The notes below the pieces were generated by a model. The model worked only from the letters and a program-made list of their open reading frames with translations. It did no database searches and was not told the origin of the DNA. 64,000 nt of DNA, from the sequence record CP019900.1; one strand, given 5' to 3'. Positions 18,501 to 27,689 of this stretch are shown one piece after another. Both the position numbers and the translations under genes were made by a program. How positions within the stretch are numbered: the first letter of the stretch is position 1; each line of letters begins with the position of its first letter. This DNA is from a plasmid.

Positions 18501-20797
18501 TCACGGTGGTTCAGGGGTATGCCGGGGTGGGGAAAACCACCCAGTTCCGGGCAGTCATGAGTGCCATCAGTCTGCTGCCGGAAGAGACCCGCCCGCATGT
18601 CATCGGTCTGGGGCCGACGCATCGTGCGGTCGGGGAAATGCAGAGTGCCGGCGTGGACGCGCGCACGACGGCGTCGTTCCTCCACGACACGCAGCTGCTG
18701 CAGCGCAATGGCCAGACACCCGATTTCAGCAACACGCTGTTTCTGCTCGATGAGAGTTCGATGGTGGGGTTGTCAGACACGGCGAAAGCCCTGAGCCTGA
18801 TTGCGGCCGGGGGAGGTCGCGCAGTGCTCAGCGGAGATACCGACCAGCTGCAGTCCATTTCGCCGGGCCAGCCGTTCAGGCTGATGCAGCAGCGCAGCGC
18901 CGCCGACGTTGCCATCATGAAAGAGATTGTGCGCCAGGTGCCTGAGCTGAGACCAGCGGTCTACAGCCTGATTGACCGGGATATAGATCGTGCTCTGGCC
19001 ACCATCGAGCAGGTCACGCCGGAGCGAGTACCGAGGAAAGAAGGCGCCTGGGTGCCGGGCAGTTCAGTGGTGGAATTCACGCCGACGCAGGAAGAGGAGA
19101 TACGTAAGGCGCTGAGCAAGGGGGAAAGCCTGCCGGCAGGCCAGCCCGCGACGCTCTACGAGGCACTGGTGAAGGACTATACCGGACGGACCCCGGAGGC
19201 ACAGTCGCAGACGCTGATTATAACCCATCTGAATAATGACCGGCGGGCACTGAACGGTCTGATTCATGAAGCGAGGCGGGAGAACGGGGAAACTGGCAGG
19301 GAGGAAGTCACCCTGCCGGTGCTGGTCACGAGCAACATCCGTGACGGTGAACTGCGCAAACTGTCGACCTGGACAGCTCACAAGGGGGCGGTGGCGCTGG
19401 TTGATAACGTATACCACCGTATCGACAATGTGGATAAGGATAATCAGCTGATCACCCTGACTGACAGTGAAGGAAAGGAGCGATATATCTCTCCCCGTGA
19501 AGCCTCTGCTGAAGGTGTGACGCTTTATCGCCAGGAAGAGATCACCGTGTCTCAGGGGGACAGAATGCGTTTCAGCAAGAGTGACCCGGAACGCGGCTAT
19601 GTGGCCAACAGCGTCTGGGAGGTGCAGTCTGTTTCGGGTGACAGTGTCACGCTTTCTGATGGCAAAACTACCCGCACGCTGACCCCGAAGGCGGATGAAG
19701 CACAGCAGCACATCGACCTCGCCTACGCCATCACGGCTCACGGCGCCCAGGGGGCCAGCGAACCGTATGCCATCGCGCTGGAGGGTATGGTGGGGGCGCG
19801 AAAACTAATGGCCAGCTTCGAGTCTGCTTACGTGGGATTGTCCCGCATGAAACAGCATGTGCAGGTCTATACCGACAGACGCGAGGGCTGGATAAAGGCC
19901 ATCCAGCATTCACCTGAGAAAGCGACGGCGCACGATATTCTTGAACCCCGTAACGACCGGGCGGTGAAAACAGCCGATCTTCTGTTCGGGCGGGCAAGGC
20001 CACTGGATGAAACCGCCGCTGGCCGGGCAGCCCTGCAGCAGTCCGGTCTGGCACAGGGAAATTCACCAGGAAAATTCATTTCTCCGGGGAAAAAGTACCC
20101 TCAACCGCATGTGGCGCTGCCGGCATTTGATAAAAACGGGAAAGCCGCCGGTATCTGGCTCAGCCAGCTGACCGATCGGGACGGACGGCTGGAGGCCATC
20201 GGCGGAGAGGGACGGATTATGGGCAATGACGCCGCCCGGTTCGTGGCGCTGCAGAACAGCCGCAATGGTGAAAGCCTGCTGGCCGGGAATATGGGGGAGG
20301 GCGTCAGAATGGCACGCGACAATCCCGATACCGGAGTGGTGGTGCGGCTGGCCGGTGATGACCGCCCCTGGAACCCCGGGGCCATCACCGGCGGGCGGGT
20401 ATGGGCTGATCCGGCGCCGGTGGCTCCGGTACCGCAGGCCGGGGCTGACATTATCCTCCCGCCAGAGGTACTGGCACAGCGGGCGGCAGAAGAGCAGCAG
20501 CGCCGCGAAATGGAAAAACAGGCGGAACAGACTGCCCGGGAAGTGGCCGGGGAGGCGCGTAAAGCCGGCGAGCCGGCGGACCGGGTGAAAGAGGTTATCG
20601 GGGACGTCATCCGCGGACTGGAGCGTGACCGGCCGGGCCCGGAGAAAACGACGCTACCGGATGATCCTAAGTTCCGGCGCCAGGAGGCGGCGATTCAGCA
20701 GGTGGCTTCAGAAAGTCTGCAACGTGAGCGTCTGCAGGCTGTGGAGCGGGACATGGTGCGCGACCTGAACCGCGAGAAAACCCTCGGGGGCGACTGA
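15536..20797 (+). CDS. traI: TraI relaxase/helicase (1753 aa)
   Basis: near-colinear with recalled F TraI (MMSIG.V.SAGSAGNYYTDKDNYY...; terminal ...ERDMVRDL..EKTLGGD). Confidence 0.9.
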   Translation: MMSIGSVKSAGSAGNYYTDKDNYYVIGSMDERWQGKGAEALGIDGKAVDKALFTELLKGKLPDGSDLTRIQDGANKHRPGYDLTFSAPKSVSVMAMLGGDKRLIDAHNQAVTEAVRQLETLAATRAMTDGKSETVLTGNLIVAKFNHDTNRNQEPQIHTHAVVINATQNGDKWQSLGTDKIGKTGFIENVYANQIAFGKLYREAFKPLVEKLGYETEVVGKHGMWEMKGVPVEPFSTRSQEVREAAGPDASLKSRDVAALDTRKSKEAIDPAEKMVEWMNTLKETGFDIRGYREAADARAAELACAPAAPVNTDGPDITDVVTKAIAGLSDRKVQFTYADLLARTVGQLEAKDGVFELARKGIDAAIEREQLIPLDREKGLFTSNIHVLDELAVKALSQEVQRHNHVSVTPDASVVRQVPFSDAVSVLAQDRPVMGIVSGQGGATGQRERVAELTLMAREQGRDVHILAADNRSRDFLAGDVRLAGETVTGKSALQDGTAFIPGGTLIVDQAEKLSLKETISLLDGAMRHNVQVLLSDSGKRSGTGSALTVLKDSGVNTYRWQGGHQTTADIISEPDKGARYSRLAQEFAVSVREGQESVAQISGTREQSVLNGLIRDSLRHEGVLGEKDTTITALTPVWLDSKSRGVRDYYREGMVMERWDPENRTHDRFVIDRVTASSNMLTLKDREGVRLDLKVSAVDSQWTLFRADTLPVAEGERLAVLGKIPDTRLKGGESITVMKVEDGQLTVQRPGQKTTQTLAVGAGVFDGIKIGHGWVESPGRSVSETATVFASVTQRELDNATLNQLAQSGSHLRLYSAQDAARTTEKLSRHTAFSVVSEQLKTRSGETDLDAAIAQQKAGLHTPAEQAIHLSIPLLESQDLTFTRPQLLATALETGGDKVPMWSIEMTIKKQIKSGQLLNVGVSPGHGNDLLISRQTWDAEKSILTRVLEGKDAVAPLMDRVPASLMTDLTAGQRAATRMILETPDRFTVVQGYAGVGKTTQFRAVMSAISLLPEETRPHVIGLGPTHRAVGEMQSAGVDARTTASFLHDTQLLQRNGQTPDFSNTLFLLDESSMVGLSDTAKALSLIAAGGGRAVLSGDTDQLQSISPGQPFRLMQQRSAADVAIMKEIVRQVPELRPAVYSLIDRDIDRALATIEQVTPERVPRKEGAWVPGSSVVEFTPTQEEEIRKALSKGESLPAGQPATLYEALVKDYTGRTPEAQSQTLIITHLNNDRRALNGLIHEARRENGETGREEVTLPVLVTSNIRDGELRKLSTWTAHKGAVALVDNVYHRIDNVDKDNQLITLTDSEGKERYISPREASAEGVTLYRQEEITVSQGDRMRFSKSDPERGYVANSVWEVQSVSGDSVTLSDGKTTRTLTPKADEAQQHIDLAYAITAHGAQGASEPYAIALEGMVGARKLMASFESAYVGLSRMKQHVQVYTDRREGWIKAIQHSPEKATAHDILEPRNDRAVKTADLLFGRARPLDETAAGRAALQQSGLAQGNSPGKFISPGKKYPQPHVALPAFDKNGKAAGIWLSQLTDRDGRLEAIGGEGRIMGNDAARFVALQNSRNGESLLAGNMGEGVRMARDNPDTGVVVRLAGDDRPWNPGAITGGRVWADPAPVAPVPQAGADIILPPEVLAQRAAEEQQRREMEKQAEQTAREVAGEARKAGEPADRVKEVIGDVIRGLERDRPGPEKTTLPDDPKFRRQEAAIQQVASESLQRERLQAVERDMVRDLNREKTLGGD

Positions 20798-20886
20798 CGC
20801 GCCTGCGGCTTGTCTGCCCCGGTAGGGCCTCCGGTTAACACCGGGCACCCTGCCGGGGCGCGGTAAAAAGAGAGAAGGATACAGAG

Positions 20887-21612
20887 ATGACAGCACACAC
20901 AGTGGGTTTCAGAGCCGCTGACCGCTGGCTGCAGGCATTACTGACCTGGACACCGGGTCAGACGGATATGATTAAAACGGTGGCCCTGGTCCTGATGGTC
21001 ACCGACCATGCCGGGTTACTGCTGGCACACAATAACGAGATAATGCGCATGCTGGGACGCGGTTGTTTTCCGCTGTTCGGTCTGGCATGGGGAATGAATC
21101 TGGCCCGGCACGCGGAAATACGCCAGTCGCAGCTGAACAGCCTGTGGGGCTGGGCGCTGGTTGCCCAGGTGTCGTTTATGCTCATCGGGTACCCGTGGTA
21201 TACCGGGAATATTCTGTTCGCCTTTGCCGTCACGGGCCAGGTCCTGCGGTGGGTCAGCCAGCCGTCCTGGTATTACACCCTCCCGGCTGTTGGACTGCTG
21301 GTCGTCTGGATACCCCTGTCAACCGGCAGCTACGGCATGGCCGGAGTGGGCATGCTCACCGCCAGCTGGCTGCTTTGTCGCGCACAGCATGCACCGGAAC
21401 GGCTGGGATACGGGGTGCTGTGGGCCCTCATGGTGTTGCTGATGAATATGCATGACGTGAGTGAATCGGTGGCCGGGCTGGCGATTGCGCTGCTGACGCT
21501 GATGGTGTGTTCATCTGCCGGAGAACGTGTGAAACGCTTCTGGCCACGGCAGTTCTTCGTGATGTTCTATGCCGTGCACCTAGCGGTACTGGGTATTGTC
21601 GTCTCAATGTGA
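20887..21612 (+). CDS. traX: TraX F-pilin acetylase
   Basis: 241-aa polytopic membrane protein directly after traI. Confidence 0.75.
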   Translation: MTAHTVGFRAADRWLQALLTWTPGQTDMIKTVALVLMVTDHAGLLLAHNNEIMRMLGRGCFPLFGLAWGMNLARHAEIRQSQLNSLWGWALVAQVSFMLIGYPWYTGNILFAFAVTGQVLRWVSQPSWYYTLPAVGLLVVWIPLSTGSYGMAGVGMLTASWLLCRAQHAPERLGYGVLWALMVLLMNMHDVSESVAGLAIALLTLMVCSSAGERVKRFWPRQFFVMFYAVHLAVLGIVVSM

Positions 21613-21683
21613 ATGCAGGAACAGGAAAGGGCGATGTCGTTCAGGTATAGTAGCTCTTATTAACTGAACGATAGGCAATTGTT

Positions 21684-22280
21684 ATGGCAGAAGAAAAACG
21701 CCCTGTACTGAGCCTGAAAAGAAAACCGGCGGAGAACAGTACGACCTCCGCAGAGGCGACCCCTGCTCCTGGTGTGGTGCGCCGAAAGAAGGTCGTGGTG
21801 GTCTCGTCCCCGCCAGCCTGGAAGGCAAAGAAAGCGAAACTTGAGAAGGTTAAACCAGCGGCCGAAGCCGCCGCGCGCAACGCTGCGACGGTGCCGGTTA
21901 AAGCGGTAAAGACGCCACCTCCGGTGCGTTATCTTCGCCTGCTGCCGCCGGAACAGGCCATCATGACCCTCAAGGCGTTCTGGCCACAGCTGTTCGACGG
22001 AAACTCCCCCCGTCTGCTGGCAACAGGAATGCGCGAACAGCTGTTTTCCGACATAGTGAACCGCGACCTGCCGCTGTCGCATAAACAGGTGATTAAGTGC
22101 CTGAAGAGTCTGACCCGGTCTGCGGGCTATCTGTCCCGGATGAAGGTGGGAGCTTCCCGCTATGATCTGCAGGGGAACGCCGTCGCGACCGTCACTGCAG
22201 AGGAAGCGCAGTACGCCAGTGAGCGCATGATGAAAGAACTCATGCGAACTGAGCGTATGCGGAGCCAGTCTGCTGACTGA
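21684..22280 (+). CDS. finO: FinO RNA chaperone / fertility inhibition protein
   Basis: MAEEKRPVLSLKRK... and ...LKAFWPQLFDGNSPRLLA.G.R...LSHK... match recalled FinO. Confidence 0.85.
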   Translation: MAEEKRPVLSLKRKPAENSTTSAEATPAPGVVRRKKVVVVSSPPAWKAKKAKLEKVKPAAEAAARNAATVPVKAVKTPPPVRYLRLLPPEQAIMTLKAFWPQLFDGNSPRLLATGMREQLFSDIVNRDLPLSHKQVIKCLKSLTRSAGYLSRMKVGASRYDLQGNAVATVTAEEAQYASERMMKELMRTERMRSQSAD

Positions 22281-22299
22281 ATACAACAGAGGTGAGGAA

Positions 22300-22647
22300 A
22301 TGGATTTTGAAGCGCGGAAACAAAAGGCGCTGGCGATAATGGCCAGCCGTAAGATGTGGAAAAGCAATTATGCACCGCTTCTGATACGACTGTTGTGGCG
22401 GCTGGGGATAAACATTCCCCCGCTGCCGTTTGCTCCGCTCTGGCAGGTTTTTGGCGTGATGACAGGCTCTTTCTCCGTCGGATACGGACTGTGGATGTAC
22501 TGGATGGTGTGGCGGGCCCAGGGGATGCCACCCCTGTTCGCTTGCAAAATCAGTCTTATCGCGGGCGTATTATTTGGCCTGACGATGGCACTGTTTCATC
22601 TTTGGCGGCGAAAGGTGAATAAATTACCTGACTGGAAAGATTTATAA
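22300..22647 (+). CDS. hypothetical small membrane protein
   Basis: 115 aa, hydrophobic helices. Confidence 0.4.
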   Translation: MDFEARKQKALAIMASRKMWKSNYAPLLIRLLWRLGINIPPLPFAPLWQVFGVMTGSFSVGYGLWMYWMVWRAQGMPPLFACKISLIAGVLFGLTMALFHLWRRKVNKLPDWKDL

Positions 22648-23117
22648 CGGAATAAATATAGGCTGTCAGGTGGGGGATATTCCCGATCTGACAGATTCCA
22701 CATCCTCTTAAAAAACATTAACCCTGTATGGTGCGGTTATTATATGTGACTGCGTCCGTACTGGTGTTACTCTTGTCCGGAAAGGTCTGTTGTTTTTCTT
22801 ATTGTCTCATAGTCAGAAAAATATATTCAAACGAAAGAGAGGTAAAAGGGTGAAAGGCGTTGTGGCTGAGGCGTGTGTGTTGCCCAGGTATGGGCAGGCG
22901 CGAAGAATTACAAGCCGTTCGGTATACTGAATGGCCGATTCGGGACTGCCTCGTCCCCGGGGTATGTGACGTTTATAAGTGCTCAATTTTCAATTTAAAT
23001 CATCCACTTTCAGAATTTAACTGATTTCAATATTTTCATTGCATCACGACGGGTGATTTATGAAATGCACAGGCATTCTTATCGAGCGCTAATTATCAAA
23101 TGGAAAGGAATGTTACT

Positions 23118-23762
23118 ATGTTTAAATATTTTATTCTGCGCACACAGCAGCAGCTGTTCTGTTATTTCTGCGGTATCGTGCTTGCGATGGTTCTTATGCT
23201 CCTGTTCCCTTCTGTTTTACGGGGGAGTGGGTTTTATCTGCTTTTATCGTCTGTTGCGCTGTTCTGGGCAGGCCTTGCCCTTTATACCCGTCACATCGAC
23301 CGGATGAGAAAGCCAGAGGTCACACCGCTGGTCAGTATTCGCGACGGTATTCAGGTGGTGGCCGAGGTGCCGCGCCATGAAAAGGCCCGACTGGAATGGG
23401 AAATACTCCGGGATGATGAGGTGTTTCGCCAGCAAAGGTGGGAGCTTACTGGCCTGACCGGACGGGTTATCAGCCGGGGGCTGTTGTATACGCCGGCGGT
23501 GATGCTGGGCGGTATCGGTATTCTCGCCTGGGGTTCCCCACAGGATGCCATCCGGCTGATTAATGCTCTTCGTAATATGCCTGCTGCGGAACTGGTGCAT
23601 CAGATTGGTTTTGTCCTGTGCCTCTTCCTGCAGATTAGCGTCATATCAGTTCTGATTGCTGATGTTGTAGCCGGGAGAGGATTACCGAATGTATTTCGCC
23701 GCGCGTTGCTCGACAGGCTGCCGGCAGAGTTCTGCCTTATCAGAAGAGGGACAGAAAGATGA
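23118..23762 (+). CDS. hypothetical membrane protein
   Basis: ORF 23100-23762, probable start MFKYF at 23118; N-terminal TM helices. Confidence 0.4.
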   Translation: MFKYFILRTQQQLFCYFCGIVLAMVLMLLFPSVLRGSGFYLLLSSVALFWAGLALYTRHIDRMRKPEVTPLVSIRDGIQVVAEVPRHEKARLEWEILRDDEVFRQQRWELTGLTGRVISRGLLYTPAVMLGGIGILAWGSPQDAIRLINALRNMPAAELVHQIGFVLCLFLQISVISVLIADVVAGRGLPNVFRRALLDRLPAEFCLIRRGTER

Positions 23763-23869
23763 GGAAGACGACAGGTCTAACCATCAGCGCGATTGCCCGT
23801 GAATTCAATACTACACGACAGACCATTCTCAGAGTAAGAGCGGCAATGGAAGACTCTAACCCTTTGTAG
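23759..23869 (+). CDS. 36-aa helix-turn-helix peptide (possible remnant of a recombinase/transposase DNA-binding domain)
   Basis: MRKTTGLTISAIAREFNTTRQTILRVRAAMEDSNPL; ATGA overlap with upstream ORF. Confidence 0.2.
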   Translation: MRKTTGLTISAIAREFNTTRQTILRVRAAMEDSNPL

Positions 23870-24061
23870 ATAATTGCTTTTTCAATGAATCGCGCCGTTT
23901 ATGCTCTTGTGCTTGATGCCCGCGGGTAGGAGTTAGTACTTAAAGGTATAGGTCAATTTCGCCGGAACACTTGCGCTGGAATGGGATAAAGATGAGATGT
24001 GCCGCGCTCGCTGATATCTGAAAACTGACGAAGGGCAACATCACTTTATATCCTTAAAATA

Positions 24062-24090
24062 AAAGAAAAGCCGACCATAGGTCGGCTACG
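24062..24090 (-). terminator. Rho-independent terminator downstream of the ooxA-like gene
   Basis: on minus strand GTAGCCGACCtatGGTCGGCTTTTCTTTTATTTT. Confidence 0.45.
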
Positions 24091-24140
24091 CAAATTAGCG
24101 ATGCAGCGAACATACATTTAAAACATCATATATGGAGCAT

Positions 24141-25532
24141 TTAGTCGTCTACTTGTAGAGAGATAATTTCACCCAACGTGACAGGTTTCAGCGGTGGTCG
24201 AATACGGTAAAAATCCTGCTGCGTAACCTGACGTTTCTGTTCTGAGGCGATGATATTGGCAATGGTGTATCCACATTGCCTGCCCTGACAGGGGCCCATG
24301 CCCGCGCGTGTAAACGCCTTCAGCTGGTTTATGCCCGGTGAGGCCAGAGCGGCCGCCCGCCGGATGTCGCCGGCGGTGAGTTCTTCGCACCGGCACACAA
24401 TGGTTTCGTCCGCCGGTGAGACCAGACGCTGAGGAGGCGGGTAAAGGGCATCAAGCATGGGGCGAATCCCCAGCAGTTTCTTCAACCTTAACCGTAACGG
24501 CAGTGCCAGCGCATCTGCCTTTTTCTGCGCCAGAAGGCCGGCCCGGAGAGCAATGCCCAGCGCCACAATTTCGCCGCGTGTACAGGCCGCCAGTCCGCCG
24601 CCAATACCGGCGCCGTCTCCGGCAACAGAGATGCCAGCAATACTGCCTCTTCCCCAGATATCAAGCGTGGGCACCAGGCAGTTCTGCTGATGACTCCAGT
24701 GATGTTGCAACCCCAGCGATCGCGTCACGTGAACAGACGGGACAACACCTTCGTGCACAAGCACGGCATTCACGCTGACCCGTCGGGTCACACCACTGGA
24801 AAGGGTATATTCCAGTTCCTGAAGACGGCCTTCACCCAGCGCGCGGAAAGACTGAATGCCACGAATGCGACGCGTACCGGAGCGCTTTATCTGGTTCAGC
24901 CAGACGAGACCTTTGAGAATGTCTTTACGACCCCAGAATGCCTCCCTGAGCCAGGGAAGCGCACGGCGCCATTCTCCGGGCGCGCTGGTATCGAGCCAGC
25001 CCTCTATAGTGCCGCCTGCCCGGATAACCTGAGCCATGTAAAGAATGGGAAGGGGACCACTCCCGACGACCCAGGTCGGGCCTTCAGGTATCTGTCTGGC
25101 ATTTTTCAGCAGGATCTGTGCGCCGCCCACCGGCATTACGCCGGGCAGCGTCCATCCCGGGAACGGCGCAGGTCTTTCCTGTGCGCCGGTGGCCAGAACA
25201 ATCTCTTTGGCCTCAACGGATTCAGTTTTCCCGTCCCTGCGAAGAAATACCCGCCATGAAGGCTCTAACTGCCAGACCTGGGTGTTGGGCTCATAAACGG
25301 CTCCACAGGCCCTGAAATCAGCTGCCACTGAAGCACCTGATTCATACTCTTTACCCAGGATCTGTCCCAGAGGCGAACCGGCAACACCTTCAATATTGCG
25401 CCAGAGCTGGCCGCCCGGTCCCGGCTGTTCATCCACGACCAGCACTGACAGTCCGAACGTCCGCATCCGGATCGCCGCACTCATTCCTGCCGGTCCCGCG
25501 CCAACGACAATCACATCAAATTTGCGGCTCAT
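24141..25532 (-). CDS. Opine oxidase subunit A-like / HcnB-like FAD-NAD(P) oxidoreductase with C-terminal BFD-like [2Fe-2S] domain
   Basis: 463 aa; N-terminal dinucleotide fold VIVVGAGPAGMSAA; C-terminal CRCE...C..RQC cysteine cluster. Confidence 0.7.
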   Translation of the reverse strand: MSRKFDVIVVGAGPAGMSAAIRMRTFGLSVLVVDEQPGPGGQLWRNIEGVAGSPLGQILGKEYESGASVAADFRACGAVYEPNTQVWQLEPSWRVFLRRDGKTESVEAKEIVLATGAQERPAPFPGWTLPGVMPVGGAQILLKNARQIPEGPTWVVGSGPLPILYMAQVIRAGGTIEGWLDTSAPGEWRRALPWLREAFWGRKDILKGLVWLNQIKRSGTRRIRGIQSFRALGEGRLQELEYTLSSGVTRRVSVNAVLVHEGVVPSVHVTRSLGLQHHWSHQQNCLVPTLDIWGRGSIAGISVAGDGAGIGGGLAACTRGEIVALGIALRAGLLAQKKADALALPLRLRLKKLLGIRPMLDALYPPPQRLVSPADETIVCRCEELTAGDIRRAAALASPGINQLKAFTRAGMGPCQGRQCGYTIANIIASEQKRQVTQQDFYRIRPPLKPVTLGEIISLQVDD

Positions 25533-25828
25533 TTGTTCAGACTCCGGCGGCCCATCTGGCGCTCAACATGCATATTGTCCTCAACGGTGACCAGACAGGT
25601 CTGAACCGATCCCTGTCCGTTAACCACGGCCAGACAGTCAAAACAGACGCCCATCATGCAGTAAGGGGCCCGTTCGCTCATCTGTACCGGCGTGGTCCGG
25701 CTCATCAGTTTGCTCTGGCGTAGCAGGACGGCAGCGACGGTTTCGCCTGCTTCCGCTTCCGTTGCCACTCCGTCGATATAGATAACAAGCTTTTGAGAGC
25801 CGGCTGGCTGATTAAGCTTCCTGAACAT
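25529..25828 (-). CDS. Small (2Fe-2S)-binding subunit (HcnA / sarcosine-oxidase-alpha N-terminal type)
   Basis: about 99 aa from MFRKLNQ...; cysteines in ...CMMGVCFDC...; start overlaps upstream gene end. Confidence 0.55.
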   Translation of the reverse strand: MFRKLNQPAGSQKLVIYIDGVATEAEAGETVAAVLLRQSKLMSRTTPVQMSERAPYCMMGVCFDCLAVVNGQGSVQTCLVTVEDNMHVERQMGRRSLNK

Positions 25829-26939
25829 GGAACCGTCCGTAATGAAAAGGTGAAAGGCTGTCCGGGTAGGTGTCGCCTGATGCCAGGATCCGCGCGTACT
25901 GGCTGGCGTGGAAAGACGCCAGGGTGACGCCGGAGTGGCACACGGCAAGATGCGCGCCCGGGCAGGTTACAGAAGAGGCATATACCGGGCTGCCGTCTGG
26001 CGTCATGATCCGCAGAGCGGACCACTGCCGGACTATTTTTGCGCCTGAGAGCGCAGGCAGTGTCTTTATCGCTCTCGCCGCCATACGGGTTGCACCGGCA
26101 GTGGTTGTCGAGAGGTCAAACCCCACATCTTCATGCGTGGCACCGATCATCACGGTTCCTTCAGCAGTCTGACGAATTTCGCCTGATGGCAGTGGAAGGA
26201 ACGATGCCAGCCTTTCTGTGACAAGCAACTGGCCGCGAAGGGGGGCGACGGGAGCTTCAAGCCCCACCATTGGTGCCAGCGTTACGTTACCCAGCCCTGC
26301 AGCCAGCAGGACTTGACCCGAACGGAAACTCGCATGCTCTGTGATGACCTCAAAGCCACCGTCTGCAAGGGATGAAATCTGTCTGACGCGGCTGTTATTC
26401 TGAATAAAGCCACCGCGCAGTAGAAAGGCTTTATGAAGCGCCGAAAGCAGGCGCAGTGGATTGACGTGTCCGTCAGTCGGGCCGAAACACGCACCCACAA
26501 CGTCTTTGCCCAGCCTGATATCGGGAAAGCGGGCGTTCAGTTCGCTGCGGCGTAACATCTGGACTGGATGCGAGAGTTCCGGCATCTGAGCAATCCACTC
26601 ACTCATCTCACGGGAAAAGTTGGAAAATTCTTCTTCGCTCAGGCAAAACTCCAGCCCACCATTATTTTCATAATTGAGGGTGAGCCCGCTTTCGTCTTCG
26701 AGCTCCCGGGCAAAGGCGGGCCATTGTGAGACCGCCTCCACGGAGAGGCGCTGATAGGCCGGATCCCCAAGCCCTTTACCTGCTGACCAGACGAGACCAA
26801 AGTTCGCTTTAGCGGCCCGGAGATCCGTGTCTTCGGCATCCAGCATCAGAACGCGAAGCGGCAGCTTTGATAGTCCCCAGGCGATAGCTGCGCCAGTCAT
26901 ACCAGCACCCACAACTATCAGGTCATACTCACGTTGCAT
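25812..26939 (-). CDS. Opine oxidase subunit B-like / HcnC-like FAD-dependent oxidoreductase (DAO family)
   Basis: 375 aa; N-terminal DLIVVGAGMTGAAIA FAD fold. Confidence 0.7.
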   Translation of the reverse strand: MQREYDLIVVGAGMTGAAIAWGLSKLPLRVLMLDAEDTDLRAAKANFGLVWSAGKGLGDPAYQRLSVEAVSQWPAFARELEDESGLTLNYENNGGLEFCLSEEEFSNFSREMSEWIAQMPELSHPVQMLRRSELNARFPDIRLGKDVVGACFGPTDGHVNPLRLLSALHKAFLLRGGFIQNNSRVRQISSLADGGFEVITEHASFRSGQVLLAAGLGNVTLAPMVGLEAPVAPLRGQLLVTERLASFLPLPSGEIRQTAEGTVMIGATHEDVGFDLSTTTAGATRMAARAIKTLPALSGAKIVRQWSALRIMTPDGSPVYASSVTCPGAHLAVCHSGVTLASFHASQYARILASGDTYPDSLSPFHYGRFHVQEA

Positions 26940-27689
26940 TATGCGGAGTTCCTACAGGCTGAATAATAAACAGTGCTGCTGTCTGGTACTGAACGAGTAA
27001 ACGGCCAAGGGTAGTCCACTGGCCTTGAGTAAAAGACAACAAATTGTCCGGGTCTTTTACAGTGTTTTCTCGGGAGCCCAGAAATACAGGTGCTGCGTGA
27101 CAGGATGCTTGCGAGGTTATACAGCTTCGGCACCGCAGTCATGGATATGAAACAGCGTGAAGAATGCCAATTCAAATGAGTTTCAGAAGGACTTTCATGC
27201 GTAAATGTTATGCATGCATTAAACCGGGCTAGGCCTTGCTGAATACAGTTATTTAATCGTTGTTTTTTCAAAGAAAAATTCATAATTTCTTCAGGGCAAT
27301 AAAAAATCATACTTGTTGCTGAGGGCCATAGTGTTTTCTTATCTGACGAATGAGTTAAAGAAAAGCTCGTTACTGAATGTTTTTGAGGGATGAGTCTATC
27401 ATTCTGATATTAATTGATATTTGTCCCATGAAACCTGACTGGACACATTGTATTAGTTTCGGGCATAACATTCACTCATGACAGCCATCTTATTTTTTAT
27501 TATTCAGTAAACAGGCTTCGTGGCAACACTGCTGACAGGTTTTAAACGTTAATGAAACCATGAAAAAGACTAATTTCACGAAATTATTCTTCCCAATAAA
27601 ACCGCATCTGTAAAAAAACAACTTTAAACAAGGCACGGTCAATAAGCCGCACTGACTTTCTATTTTATTCAACATGAAAGGCCATAATT

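Noticed and set aside
15107-20610. Numerous antisense ORFs inside traI/traD (for example 15107-16201, 16955-18031, 19064-19741, 20101-20610)
   Set aside because: They overlap a strongly supported, conserved traI/traD reading frame on the opposite strand and have Arg/Pro-rich compositions typical of GC-rich antisense frames.
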